Positions 1-12,050 of a stretch of 64,000 nucleotides of DNA are shown in pieces. The notes beneath the pieces were generated by a model. That model was not told the origin of the DNA. It ran no database searches and saw only the letters and a program-made list of their open reading frames with translations. Position numbers and translations under genes: made by a program. Within the stretch, counting starts at the first letter, position 1. The number at the start of each line of letters is the position of its first letter. The DNA is from Dictyostelium discoideum. Lineage: Eukaryota. The stretch covers positions 3,840,001 through 3,904,000 of the forward strand of contig CM000150.2 in NCBI GenBank assembly GCA_000004695.1, in the 5' to 3' direction.

Positions 1-415
1 ATTTAATTGAAAAAGTTTCAATATTTAGAAGTGCTTGTAATGGTAATAGCAATAACAATACATTAAATCAAGTTTTATCAATGAAATATGCTAAATATGC
101 AGAGATTTTAGCTTCACAAGGTAATCTTTCAGCTTCATTACGTTATTTAGCACCAATTACAAACTCACAATGTAAACAAGAATATGGTGTACTCTTTGAT
201 AGAGTTTATCGTGCTACCTCTAATCATCAAGGTATTCCACAACCACCATTCCCATTCCAATTAGTTGATGTTTATTCTTCAAATCAACCAATTCAACAAC
301 AACAACAACAACAACAAAATAAAGCTCAACAAGTTGGTCATCAACATCAACATCAACACCAACATCAAAACCAACATCAACATCAACATCAACACCAACA
401 TCAACATCAACCACC

Positions 416-449
<34 letters not shown>

Positions 450-1658
450 ATGGGTAGACAAAATACATTTAATCAACCACCACAACCAATGGGACAACAC
501 CAACACCAACAACAACAACAACAACAACAACCACCAATTATGATGAATCAATCACCAATGCAAAATAATAATAATAATAGAATACCAATGATGAATCAAC
601 CACCAATGATGAATCAACCACCAATGATGAATCAACCACCAATGATGAATCAACCACCACAAATGATGAATCAACCACCACAAATGATGAATCAACCACC
701 ACCACAAATGATGAATCAACCACCACCACAAATGATGAATAATAATCAACCACCAATTATGATGAGACCTATGCAACCAAGTGGTCCATCACCAATGAAC
801 CCACCACCAACAATGAATAACACTCAACCACCACCAATGATGAACACAATGGGTGGTCCATCATCAGTCAATAATTCTCAACCTCCAATTATTCCAATGA
901 ATGGTAATCCACTACCAATGAATCCAATGAGTCCAATGATGTCTGATAAATCAAATCAACCACCAATGAATCCAATGATGAATCCAATGAACCCAATGAA
1001 TCCAATGATGAATCCAATTCAACCAACTGCTCCACCACCAATGAATCCAATGATTCCACAAGGTGGTAGTCCAATGATTAATCATCCACCACCACCAATG
1101 AATCCAATGATTAATAATGGTCCAGTTTCAACACCACCAATGAATCCAATGATGAATCAAGTTGTACCACAAAATATTTCACCACCACAAATGCCAACAA
1201 GATCACCAGTTTTAGAGAATAAATCATCATCACCATCAAGTGAATCATTTACATCACCAGCACCAAAACCAAACGTTCACAATAAAACACCATCCATTAT
1301 CACTGGTCAATTGGGTGTAACTACACCATCTGAAGGTCCATCAAATGAAGACACTGAAAGATTCGTTGAGAAATTACAAAGATCCATTCAAGAATTAAAT
1401 GGTAGAACTGATAGCAAGGTTTGGGAGGATGCCAATAAAAGATGTCAAGGTCTCATCAATAAGGTTTCAAAGAAAGATATCTCTGCTGAAGCTTTCAAAG
1501 CTCTCGATGCAATTTTAGCTTCAATCGTTGAAAAAGATTTCAAAAAAGCTTCCGATACTTATATTCAAATCACTTCAACTCCACTTTGGGGTGAAGTTGG
1601 TTCACAATCAATGGTTGGCCTTAAACGTCTCATTGATCTTGGTTTAAAATCTCATTAA
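1..1658 (+). CDS. sec31: Sec31 (COPII outer coat) C-terminal part; 5' partial, frame open from the window start, stop at 1656-1658
   Basis: Frame 3 is open from nt 3. The N-terminal segment 'YAKYAEILASQGNLSASLRYLAP...NSQ...L.DRVYRA' matches the conserved Sec31 block preceding the Pro/Gln-rich linker (human SEC31A 'YAELLAAQGSIAAALAFLPDNTNQP...LRDRLCRA'). A long Q/H/P/M/N-rich low-complexity linker follows (CAA/CAT repeats, PMMNQ repeats). The conserved C-terminal ~100 aa resembles the Sec31 C-terminal domain. Confidence 0.7.
283..540. repeat. Coding (CAA)n / (CATCAA)n trinucleotide microsatellite giving poly-Q and (HQ)n runs inside the Sec31 linker
   Basis: Direct read of caacaacaa... and catcaacatcaa... 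runs. Confidence 0.9.
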
Positions 1659-1733
1659 AAAAAAAAAAAAAAAAATTTTAAAAAAAAAAAAAAAAAAAAC
1701 CCAAAAATAAATTAAATATATGATTAAATTAAT

Positions 1734-1770
<37 letters not shown>

Positions 1771-2008
1771 CTTTGATCATTAAATAGGTACAATTGCTTT
1801 GGAGTGGAATTTTTTTTTTTTATTTTTGGCTTAAATTTCCTTCTTAAAAATTTAATTTAATTTTATTTTTATTTTTATTTTTATTTTTTTTTAATTTTTT
1901 TTTTTTTTTTTTTTTTTGCTCTTCACAATTTTTAATTTCAAAATTTTTTTTTTTTTATTTTTTTTTTTATTTTTTATTTAATTTTTTTAATTAATCATAG
2001 TCAACAAA

Positions 2009-4717
2009 ATGTGTAAATATAATGATCATAAATATTTAGTAGAAAAGGTAGATAGATTGGTATTACCAGAAAATGTTGTACCAATTAAATATGATTTACA
2101 TTTAAAACCAAATTTAAAAGAATTTACTTTTAAAGGTGAAGAGACCATCACAGTTCAAGTAAAACAACCAACAAAAACCATAACTATACATTCAATTGAA
2201 ATTGAAATTCAATCAGCTTCAATAAAATCATCATCATCATCTCAATCATCAAAATCAATTACATTTTATGAACCAGAAGAAGTTGTCATCTTTGAATTTG
2301 AAAATGAATTATCAGTTGGTGAATATTGTTTATCATTGGTATTTACTGGTTTATTAAATGACAAATTAAAAGGTTTCTATCGTTCAAAGTATACTGTTAA
2401 AGGTGAAGATCGTTATTTAGCAACAACTCAATTCGAAGCCACCGATGCTCGTCGTTCTTTTCCATGTTTTGATGAACCAGCTCATAAAGCAGTTTTCAAT
2501 ATCACTTTAACTGTCTCTGAATGTCATACCGCTATTTCAAATATGGAAGAAAAATCAATTACTCCAAATAATGATGGTACTAAAACTTATATATTCGAAC
2601 AAACTCCAATTATGAGTACATATTTAGTTGCTTATATTGTTGGTGATTTAGAATATATTGAAGGTAAAACAAAGGGTGGTATTAGAGTTAGAGTTTATAA
2701 AGCTAAAGGTGTTGAAGGTGAAAGTGATTTCGCTTTAGATACTGGTATTAGAGCAATGGATTATTTCATTGATTATTTCAATGTACCATATCCATTAACT
2801 AAATGTGATCATGTTGCTGTTCCAGGTAAATTTTTTTTCTATTTTATTTTCATTTTTTCAAATATTTAAAATACTAATTTTTTCTTTTTTTATTATTATT
2901 ATTATTATTATTTTATGAAAATACTGTTTTATACTACCACTTGGGAAGATTTTGCCGCGGGTGCGATGGAAAATTGGGGTTTAATTACATATCGTGATGT
3001 AATTTTATTAACATCAGATAAAACAACATTAGCAACTAAACAAGATATTGTTGGTGTTATTGGTCATGAATTAGCACATCAATGGTTTGGTAATTTAGTA
3101 ACAATGGAATGGTGGAGTCAATTATGGTTAAATGAAGGTTTCGCTACATTTATGGGTTATTTAGTAACAGACTATTTATATCCAAAATGGAATGTATTTT
3201 TAGAGTTTTCACAATCCTATCGTAACTCTGCACTCTCATTGGATGCATTAGATAATTCACATGCCATTGAAGTACCAGTACGTTCATCAGCAGAGATTTC
3301 AGAGATCTTTGATGATATCTCTTATAATAAGGGTTCATGTGTAATTCAAATGGTTGAAAGTCGTTTTGGTGAATCATTTAGAAAGGGTCTTCATCATTAT
3401 TTGACCAAACATTCCTACAAGAATACCATCACCGAAGATCTTTGGGCATCAATTTCACATACAAGTGGTGCTGATGTAGATTCATTCGTTAGATCTTTCA
3501 CAAAGTATCCAGGTTATCCAGTTGTATCCATTCAAGAGACTGAAAAAGAAGGTGAATTCTCATTGACCCAAAAGAAATTCAGATCAGATGGTCAAGTTGA
3601 AGAGAAATCCGATGACCCAATTTGGAATTGTTTCATTAAATTCCAAACAAAGAATGGTCCATTCGAATTCACTTTAACCAAGAAATCCGATACCGTCACC
3701 ATTCCAAACTATAAAAAAGGTGATTGGCTTAAACCAAACTATGGTCAATGTGGTTACTATCGTATTGCCTATACATCGGAATTAATCAAAGCATTGGTAC
3801 CTGTAATTGAGTCATTGGAACTTCCAGCTCAAGATCGTTTAGGTTTATTATCAGATTGCTATTACCTTTGCAAGAATGGAAGTACACCAATCTCATCCTA
3901 TATGGATTTGGTATTCTCTTATCACAATGAAACCGATAGTGATGTTTGGACATTCATCATTAAATCTTTGGATGAAATTAGTGAATTAAGTTTTGATCAA
4001 ACCTACAAAACTGACTTGGAAGAAATGATCCGTAAATTGTTGAAACCATTATCACAACGTTTAGGCTTTGAAGTTAAATCAGGTGAATCATCCTCTGACA
4101 CTTTGTTAAGAAATAAAGTAAACTCTTATTTGGGTATTTTGGGTGACAAAGAGATTGTGGCCGAGGCTAGAAAGAGATTTGAGCAATTCAAAGTCGACCA
4201 ATCTTCTTTACCTTCCGATATCCGTTCAAGTGTTTTAGTCACTGTTGTAAAGAATGGTTCCGAAGCTGAACAACAAGAAATTATCAATAGATACCTCGCT
4301 TCCAATGATATTGCAGAGAAATCAAGTTTATTGTCAGTTGTTTGCAAATCACCATCCAGTGCATTGGTATTGAAGGCTTTGGAATTCTCTGTCTCAAAAG
4401 ATGTTAGAACTTGTGAATCCTATATGCTTTGGAGAGTCGGAAATGAATTTAAACCAGTAGTTTGGAAATATTTCACTGAAAACTTTAAATCAATCAATGA
4501 AACCTTTAATCAAAATGTTTTATTCGCTTATATGATCTCTTTTGCTTTGTCCTCAAAAATGACTGATCAACAATTACAACAAGTTGAAGATTTCTTCAAA
4601 CAAAATCCAGTTGCAATTGCTGATCGTTCAATTAAACAAGATTTAGAACAAATTAGAAATAATACAAAATGGTTTAATTCATTTAATAAAGATTTATTAA
4701 ATTGGATTAAAAAATAA
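2009..4717 (+). CDS. M1-family zinc aminopeptidase (puromycin-sensitive aminopeptidase-like); exons 2009..2825 and 2949..4717, intron 2826..2948
   Basis: Exon 1 ends ...HVAVP+g with donor GTAAAT. The acceptor ...gggaAG|AT restores the D codon and gives DFAAGAMENWG (the GAMEN exopeptidase motif). The zinc motif HELAHQWFGNLVTMEWWSQLWLNEGFA (HEXXH-18-E) is present. The N-terminus VVPIKYDL is typical of M1 peptidases. The intron carries a (TAA)n run. Confidence 0.88.
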
Positions 4718-5548
4718 ATAATCTAATTTAATAAAGATTTATAAATTTGGATTTTTATAAAAAATAAAATTTATTTAATTTTTATTATTTTTTTATTAAG
4801 TTTTATAAATAATAAAATAAATTTTCAAATTAATAAATAAATATTTTTTTTTTTTTTTTTTTTAGATTTTTATTGATTTTTTTGACTATTGTTTTTCTTT
4901 AATAAATATCTATTTTTATATTTTTTTTTTTTTTGTTTTTTTTTTTTTTTATAATTTATTTTTTTTGTCCAAAATCAATTCCCAAAATTTTTAAAAAATG
5001 AAAACTTAAATTATTAAAAAAGGAAAAAAATGAAAATAAAAAACCAAAATATAATAAAAATTAATTAAAATAAAAAAAATACCCTCACAGTGTTGAATTC
5101 AAATATCCAATTTTTATTTTTTTTTAATTTTTTTTTTTTTTTTTTTTTTTTTTTTGAATAATTGGTAAATTTACAAATTAAAAAAAAAAAAATAAAAAAA
5201 TAAAAAAAAATAAAAAAAAAAAATAAATTAAAATCTTTTATTCTTTTAAAAAAAAAAAAATAATAAACAAATAATTAATCACCATTATTTTAGTAAAAAA
5301 AAAATACTATATTTCATAGATATATTTTTTTTAAAAAATTTAATTTTCCTCTCTCTCTCTCTCTTTCTCTTTTTTTTTTTATTTGTTTTTTTTTTATTTT
5401 ATTTTATTTTTTTTTCTATACAATTTTATTAATTTAATTTTATCATTTTAAATGTAAAAAAATTTTTAATTATTTCTTTTTTATTTTTTTTTTTTTTCTA
5501 AAAAATAAAAATAATAATAAATAAAATAAAAATAAAAATAAAAAAGTT

Positions 5549-5706
5549 ATGTTAAAACAATTATCAGAACCCTTAAAATCATTCCAACAAATAACCTTAT
5601 TTGTTATTGTCCCATTACTTATTGCAGTGCATGCAGAAGTAAGTAAAATTAAAAAATACTTTTTAAAAATAAAAAAATAATAAAAATAATAATAAAAATA
5701 TTAATT

Positions 5707-5739
<33 letters not shown>

Positions 5740-5978
5740 GGAAATATCTGTTACTGTTGCGTTTGATATAATTGTATGGTATATAGCAATAAGTTTTGGT
5801 GTATATATATTTAAAACACCATTAGAATTATATTTTATAGTAAAAGATAAAACTAGACAGTTAAAAGAAAATAAACAATATTATGATAAAGATTCTTATC
5901 ATCAAAAAGATGTTGAACTATACCAATTAGAATGGAGGTAAGTAAATAAAATAATTTAAAATAAATAATTAATAAATG

Positions 5979-6032
<54 letters not shown>

Positions 6033-6750
6033 GTTTATATTTTCAATATTATCACCATTTTTAGCATTATTTAGTTGGTATGGTTTGGAAAAGTTTTGTA
6101 TGGCATATTCTCTAACAACATTAAGCAATTTATTGCATCCATATTTTATAATTATTGCAGGATTTCTTACATCCTATCAACCTATAATTGGCTTCATGAC
6201 TAATTTTAAAGAAAGATTGGATTCCATTTATCCAAGAATAACATATGAACCAACATCTGGTTTAAATGACTATAAACAATATCAGCAACAACAACAACAA
6301 TCACAAAATAGGAATAGTACGGAGGACTTAGGATGTTCATCATCATCGTCAACTTCACCACCACCACCATCATTATTTGCATCTTCAGATAATATTGTAA
6401 ATTTAATGAGTAGCCAAGAAGCACAATTTAAGAATTTTGTTTTTAATCATACAAAGAGTAGTGAAGATGGTTTAAGAAATGAATTGGCTCAATTTAGATT
6501 GGAATTTTCAAATTATATTAAAAATTTAAATGCAGATAATAATCAACTAAAAAGAGATATTAGAGATTGGACTTCAAAGAAATCAAATGAAATAACCAAA
6601 ATTGATTCAAGAATGTTATCTCTTGAAAATCAAATGGAGTTATTACAAATGTTACTGGAAAAGGAAAAAGCTTCATCTTCATCCTCTTCAAAATCTGATA
6701 TATTTAGAATTTTAACTCCATTTTCTCAAAAAATGTTATCTTTAAAATAA
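5549..6750 (+). CDS. Hypothetical small multipass membrane protein with a C-terminal coiled coil; exons 5549..5638, 5741..5937, 6030..6750
   Basis: ATG at 5549; donor GTAAGT at 5639; acceptor AG at 5739-5740. Exon 2 ends with the AG of a split AGA codon plus GTAAGT at 5938; acceptor AG at 6028-6029 after a ~45-nt poly-T. Exons 1-3 encode hydrophobic TM-like segments (LFVIVPLLIAV, IIVWYIAISFGVYIF, FIFSILSPFLALFSWYGL, FIIIAGFLTSY). The tail is an S-rich/heptad region. No family recognised. Confidence 0.55.
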
Positions 6751-7027
6751 TTAAATAAATTAATAAAAAAAACTACAAATTAGGAAATAATATTAAACAC
6801 CAAGAATTATTTTGTTTTATTTTATTTTTTTTTTTTGGTTGGCTTTGGAAAATTTTCTTTGAAAATAAAATTTTATTTTTTTTTTAATTTTTTTATTTTT
6901 TATTTTTTTTATTTTTTTTAAAGTCAAATTATTTTTAAAAAAAAAAAGATTATTATTTATTTTTTACTTTAATTTTTTATTTATTTATTTTTTTTCATTT
7001 TTCAGATATTAATTAAATATACAAAAC

Positions 7028-8476
7028 ATGGCTAATCGTTTACTCAATGTTGATGTAAGTTTATTTTCATTTAATCTTATTATTATTATTATTTTTATTT
7101 ATTTATTTTATTTATTTTAATATTATCTTTATTAACTATCCTATAATTTACTTTTTATTTCAATGTTTCATTTTTGGTTTTTTTTTTTTTTTTAATCTAA
7201 ATTCTAAATAGATGAGAAAAAATAACGTCGTAACTGACGATGATGATTGGGAAACAGAAAGTGATTATGTAAGTTTTTTAAAAAAAATAAAATAAAAATA
7301 AAAAAAACATCATTTTATTAACATTATTTATTTTCATTTTATTTTTTTGAAATTATATAGGTTGTAAGTTTTTAAGATTTATTTAGGTATTGATTTTATT
7401 ATTTTATTGAATTGGATTATTTATTTTTATTTTTATCATTATCAAATAAATAGAATACAGATAATATTGATAATTCAAAACAAACTCAAAAAACTGTAGT
7501 TCCAGTTAGAGCATCAGAAATTGGAAAAGATATGCTTTCAAAACAAAAACCAGTGGATCAAGTACCAAGTTCACCTGTAGGAACAAGATTTGGAAATCAA
7601 ACAACAAACACATACACTCCACCTGGTGTTGTTGTTTCAAAGAAGCCTGCTGCTGCTCCATCTAAACCAGCTGCACCAGCTCAAACATCAACCTCGTCAA
7701 TTGCTTCCAAATTCTCACAACCAGCTGCTCCAGCTCAAACCCCAGTTAAACCATCTGCTCCAGTTTCATCAGTTGCTTCTAAATTCTCACAACCAGCTGC
7801 TCCAGCTTCAACTCCAGTTAAACCATCTGCTCCAGTTTCATCAGTTGCTTCCAAATTCTCTCAACCAGCCGCCCCAGCTCCAGTTAAAGCTGCTCCAGCT
7901 CCAGTTAAAGCCACCCCAGCTCCAGTTAAAGCTGCCGTTCCAGTTAAAGAAACACCACCACCAGCTGCACCAGCCAAAAAACCACCACCACCACCAAAAA
8001 GAGTTGAACCAGTTTATGAAGAACCAGTACAAGAAGAACCACAACAAAATTATGAAGAACAACAACAATATGATCAACAAAGTTATGACCAACAACAATA
8101 TGACCAACAAAGTTATGATCAACAAAGTTATGATCAACAAGGATATGATCAACAAGGATATGATCAACAAGGTTATGATCAACAACAACAATACGATCAA
8201 CAACAATATGACCAACAAAGTTATGATCAACAAGGTTATGATCAACAACAACAATATGATCAACAAGGTGACGACCAACAACAATATGATCTTTCATCAT
8301 ATCCTCAAGCTCAAGCACTTTATGATTATGTTGCTCAACAAGAAGGTGATTTAACATTTTACACAGGTGATATAATTTATGTATATGATACCTCTGACGA
8401 AAGTGGATGGTATTCCGGTCAATTGGCTGACGGTTCTAATGGTTCATTCCCTAGTAATTTTGTCCAACTTTTATAA
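7028..8476 (+). CDS. Cortactin/HS1-like protein with an N-terminal acidic DDW (Arp2/3-binding NtA-like) motif, a Pro/Ala-rich repeat region, a QQ(S/G)YDQQ repeat block and a C-terminal SH3 domain; exons 7028..7054, 7212..7268, 7454..8476
   Basis: The three exons are in phase 0 with GTAAGT donors at 7055 and 7269 and acceptors at 7210-7211 and 7452-7453. The N-terminus MANRLLNVD|MRKNNVVTDDDDWETESDY resembles the cortactin/HS1 NtA 'DDW' motif (human cortactin ...ADDWETDPDF). There are three ~24-aa repeats SVASKFSQPAAPAxTPVKPSAPVS, then EPVYEEPVQEEP and (YDQQ)n. The SH3 is ALYDYVAQQEGDLTFYTGDIIYVYDTSDESGWYSGQLADGSNGSFPSNFVQLL. A possible additional micro-exon between 7269 and 7453 cannot be excluded. 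Confidence 0.6.
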
Positions 8477-8908
8477 GACCTTTTGTAAAAATTAGAAAAA
8501 AAAAAAAAATGAAAAAAAGATAAAATTATCGAGTGTCACTTGTATATTATCATCAATAAAACGAACATTATTTATTATCTTAAAAAAAAACAAATTATAT
8601 TCTTAATTAAATTTTCAAATATTAATATACAATAATACAAAAACTATTAAGTTAATAAAATCTATTTTTTTTTTTTAAATATCTTTTTTTTTTTTTTAAT
8701 TGTAACATATTTCCCATATTTATTGGAAATAAGAAAAAAAAATAAAAGGTTTGATATCCTTGTTTTATATCATTATAAAAAGAAGTTTATTTTTGAAACT
8801 AATGAGAGAAAAGAGAAAAAGAGAAAATAAAGAAGTAATGCTTTTTTTTTTTTTTTTTTTTATATAAATATTTTTTATTTTTATTTTTTTAATTTTTTTG
8901 ACCAACAA

Positions 8909-10149
8909 TTAAAACCAAACATCTTGTAAATATCTACCATGAGAACTCATATCGTCAATGAATTGTTGAGCAGAGTTATCATCTTTTGAACCAAATTCTT
9001 TAATGATTGATAAGAGGGCTTGTTGTACAGCTTTGGACATATTTCTACCATCACCACAAACGTAAAAGTAGGCACCTTTATTTAATAACTCCCAAACCTT
9101 TTCTTTATGCTCCAATAATTTATTTTGTACATAAACTTTTTGAGAAGTTTTTCTTGAGAAAGCTACAACCAAATCACCTAAAACTGAGGATTGATGATAT
9201 TGTTCCAACTCTTCTCTGTAAATATAGTCGACTGTATCGGAACGACAACCAAAGAATAAGAGTGATTGTTGTTGTTGTGAATGATTTCTATGTTGTAATT
9301 CTTGAAGGAAACCTCTGAAAGGAGCTAAACCAGTACCAGGACCAACCATAATGACAGGTTTTTGTTCGGTGGCGGCAGATGGTAATTTAAAGTGAGATTC
9401 TCTAACAAATAATGGAACTTTATCGCCAACTTTTAAGTGAGATAACCAAGTAGAGGCGACACCATTATGAGCTCTTTGATTACCAGTTGTGAAATTAACC
9501 ACTACAGAGGTAATTGAAACAACGCCATTCTTATTGTGAGGTGAAGAGGAGATAGAGTACATACGGGCTGGTAGACGTGGTGTAAATTCTAAAAAGTGAG
9601 CAATCAAAGGTTGAAGACCTGGGAAAGATTCTAAAAGATCGACGACACCACGGAAATCATTTTTAATATATTTATTGTATTCTTCGTTTGCTTCTTCGGT
9701 TGCTAAATATAATAATCTCTTCTTTTCCTCTTCGTTAGTGGTTGACTCTGCCAATGCACGTAACACTGATTTACGTACTGGATTTGTAATATCCAAATGT
9801 TCAGAGAATGCCCTTCTAATTGTCATTGGACCAAAGCTTGCTTTAATAACTGAACCCTCTTGATCAATTGGTACCAATGCAATCATATCATCACCATTGA
9901 CACCCAAACGCTTTATCAATTGTTCAACCAATTTACTATCATTAATTGGGAATACACCTAAATGATCACCTGTTGTATAACTAACTTCATCACCCAATTT
10001 AAATTCAATATGTCTACATGATCTATCAGATTCATTTGAATGTAATTCTCTATTTTCTAAAACCTCTGCATAATATGGATTTTTCATATCATAAATTCTT
10101 TTTTTTTTAAAAAAAAAATAAAAATAATAAAAAAAAAATAAAAATTATT

Positions 10150-10230
<81 letters not shown>

Positions 10231-11073
10231 TTTAAATTTTATTAAAATATATACATACACTTTATTATCAGTTGATAATTTTGGTTTTAATGGAGTTGAA
10301 ACGATTTTAATGAAAGGATCATTAATATCTTTACTATCTTGATTTAAAGTTACCATTCTAAATCTTGGTACGAATTTATCATCTTCAGTTGATTTTAATT
10401 CATAACCTAAGAATTTACAAACTACAGGCCACATATCTTTTTTCCAACGATTGAAATCTTCTTCAAGAGTTGCATCATCATCACCTTCACCTCTTTCAAA
10501 GACTCTTTTACCACCTAATTCTTCCATTCTTCTATCGATAACACGTGCAACGGCATTGTAATGTTCATAAGTTTTATTACCTAAACCAAATACAGTGAAT
10601 GGTACACCATTGAGAAGATCGGTTGGACGTTCATCATTTGTTAACCAAAGGTAGAATTCTTTGGCATTATCGGTTGGATCACCTTCGCCATGAGTTGCAA
10701 CTAAAAACATTACAAAACTTTCACTATGTAATTCTTGTTCGTGTTCATAGGATTCCAAGTCTACAACTTCACATGGGATACCAATCTTTTTACATTCTTT
10801 TTCAATGATTCTTGAGAAATCTTCGGCTGTACGTGTTTGTGTACCAAAGAATATTTTCATCACCTTTTTACCGTCTTCATTCTTTGTGATTGTCTTTTTT
10901 GGTTTTTGTGCTTCTTTGTTGATCTTATTGTTTGGTTTATTAAATACTGGTGGTGGTGGTGGTGGTTTGTTCATATAAAGGTATGTACCCACTATAACTG
11001 CAACAATAATAATCGCTCCTAAATTATCTAAAATTAAAACTTCAATAAAATCAATTGATTCTAAAATTTCCAT
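8909..11073 (-). CDS. redB: NADPH-cytochrome P450 reductase; exons (minus strand) 10259..11073 and 8909..10097, intron 10098..10258 containing an (ATT)n microsatellite
   Basis: Exon 1 has an N-terminal TM anchor and a flavodoxin-like FMN domain (KIFFGTQTRTAEDF...LVATHGEGDPTDNA...FTVFGLGNKTYEHYN). The donor is AAAGT|GTATGT (phase 2) and the acceptor aaaaaAG|A (V codon restored). Exon 2 has FAD/NADPH domains (KNPYYAEVLENREL..., RMYSISSSP, GPGTGLAPFRGF, CGDGRNMSKAVQ, ending DVWF). The gene symbol is a tentative recollection. Confidence 0.85.
10152..10230. repeat. (ATT)n microsatellite within the CPR intron
   Basis: Direct read. Confidence 0.9.
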
Positions 11074-11941
11074 TTTTTTTTTTTATTTATCTTTTTTTTT
11101 TTTTTTTTTTTTTTTTTTGAATATCCAATCGATTAGTTTAAAAATATTTTATTATCTTTTTTTTTTTTTATATATGTATATTATAATAAGAAAGGAAAAA
11201 AAAAAAAAAAAAGGTTAATATTTGTTTATTTTTAAAAAATGTCAAAAAGTTTTTTTTTTTTTTTTATTTTTTTATTTTATTTTATTTTTTAAAAAAAAAA
11301 AAAAAAAAAAAAAAGAAAATAATTAAAAATTAATTAAAAAAAAGGGGGTTATTTTTGATTTAAAAATAAGTAGGCAAGCAGCCTTTAATAGCAAAAAGTT
11401 GTAACACTGGTTCCAAAAAAATAAAAAAAATAAAAAAAATAAAAAAAATAAAAAATAATATCGAGTTAAATATCGAATTTTTGTCACAAAAACTTACTTA
11501 TTATTAGAATTGAATTTTTGTTAAGAAAAAAAAAAAAAAAAAAAAAAAAAAAGAAAGAAAGAAAACCAAATAATAATAATCGGATAAGATTTTTTGGTTT
11601 TAAAAAAAATACAATAAAAAAAAAAAAAAAAAAAAAAAAAAATTTATGAAAAAAAAAAAAAAAATAAAAAAAAAAAAAAATTTAAAAAATAAAAAAAAAA
11701 AATCAAAACCCAATTGGCCGACCGCTGGGAATTAAAGAAAAATGAAAATTCATTTGTTTTATTAAATAATTTTTTTTTTTTTTTCTTTTTATTTATGGAA
11801 ATTAAAATTTAAAAGTTAGAAATTTTTATTTTATTTTATTTTATTTTATTTTATTTTATAATCATTTTATTATTATTTTATTTTATTTTTAATAATAATA
11901 ATTTTTTTTTTTTTTTTTTTTTATTTTTTTTTTTTTTTTAG

Positions 11942-12019
11942 ACAATGTTTGACCAATTCATCAAAATTGGTAAACCTAAACCAGTTACTGGATCCCAACC
12001 ACTTTTAGATTTAAAACCA

Positions 12020-12023
<4 letters not shown>
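11942..12023 (-). pseudogene. Degenerate duplicated copy of the last ~80 bp of the sedolisin CDS (3' end fragment), 113 bp downstream of the gene, separated from the real copy by a T-rich spacer (a 24-nt T-run plus flanks)
   Basis: 11942..12023 matches 12056..12135 (the real C-terminal coding end ...GWDPVTGLGLPNFDELVKYCLE*) almost base for base. The copy has a few substitutions and a 1-nt deletion that breaks the frame. Confidence 0.8.

Positions 12024-12048
<25 letters not shown>

Positions 12049-12050
<2 letters not shown>

Noticed and set aside
220-776. Overlapping ORFs on both strands (220..468-, 265..543+, 279..551-, 538..756-, 552..776-) inside the Sec31 exon
   Set aside because: They are artefacts of the CAA/CAT and PMMNQ repeat periodicity. 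The + strand frame with Sec31 homology explains the region.
7590-8357. Alternative-frame and antisense ORFs across the QQSYDQQ repeat region (7590..8354+, 7841..8284-, 7944..8357-)
   Set aside because: Repeat-induced open frames. Only the frame ending in the SH3 domain has recognisable protein features.
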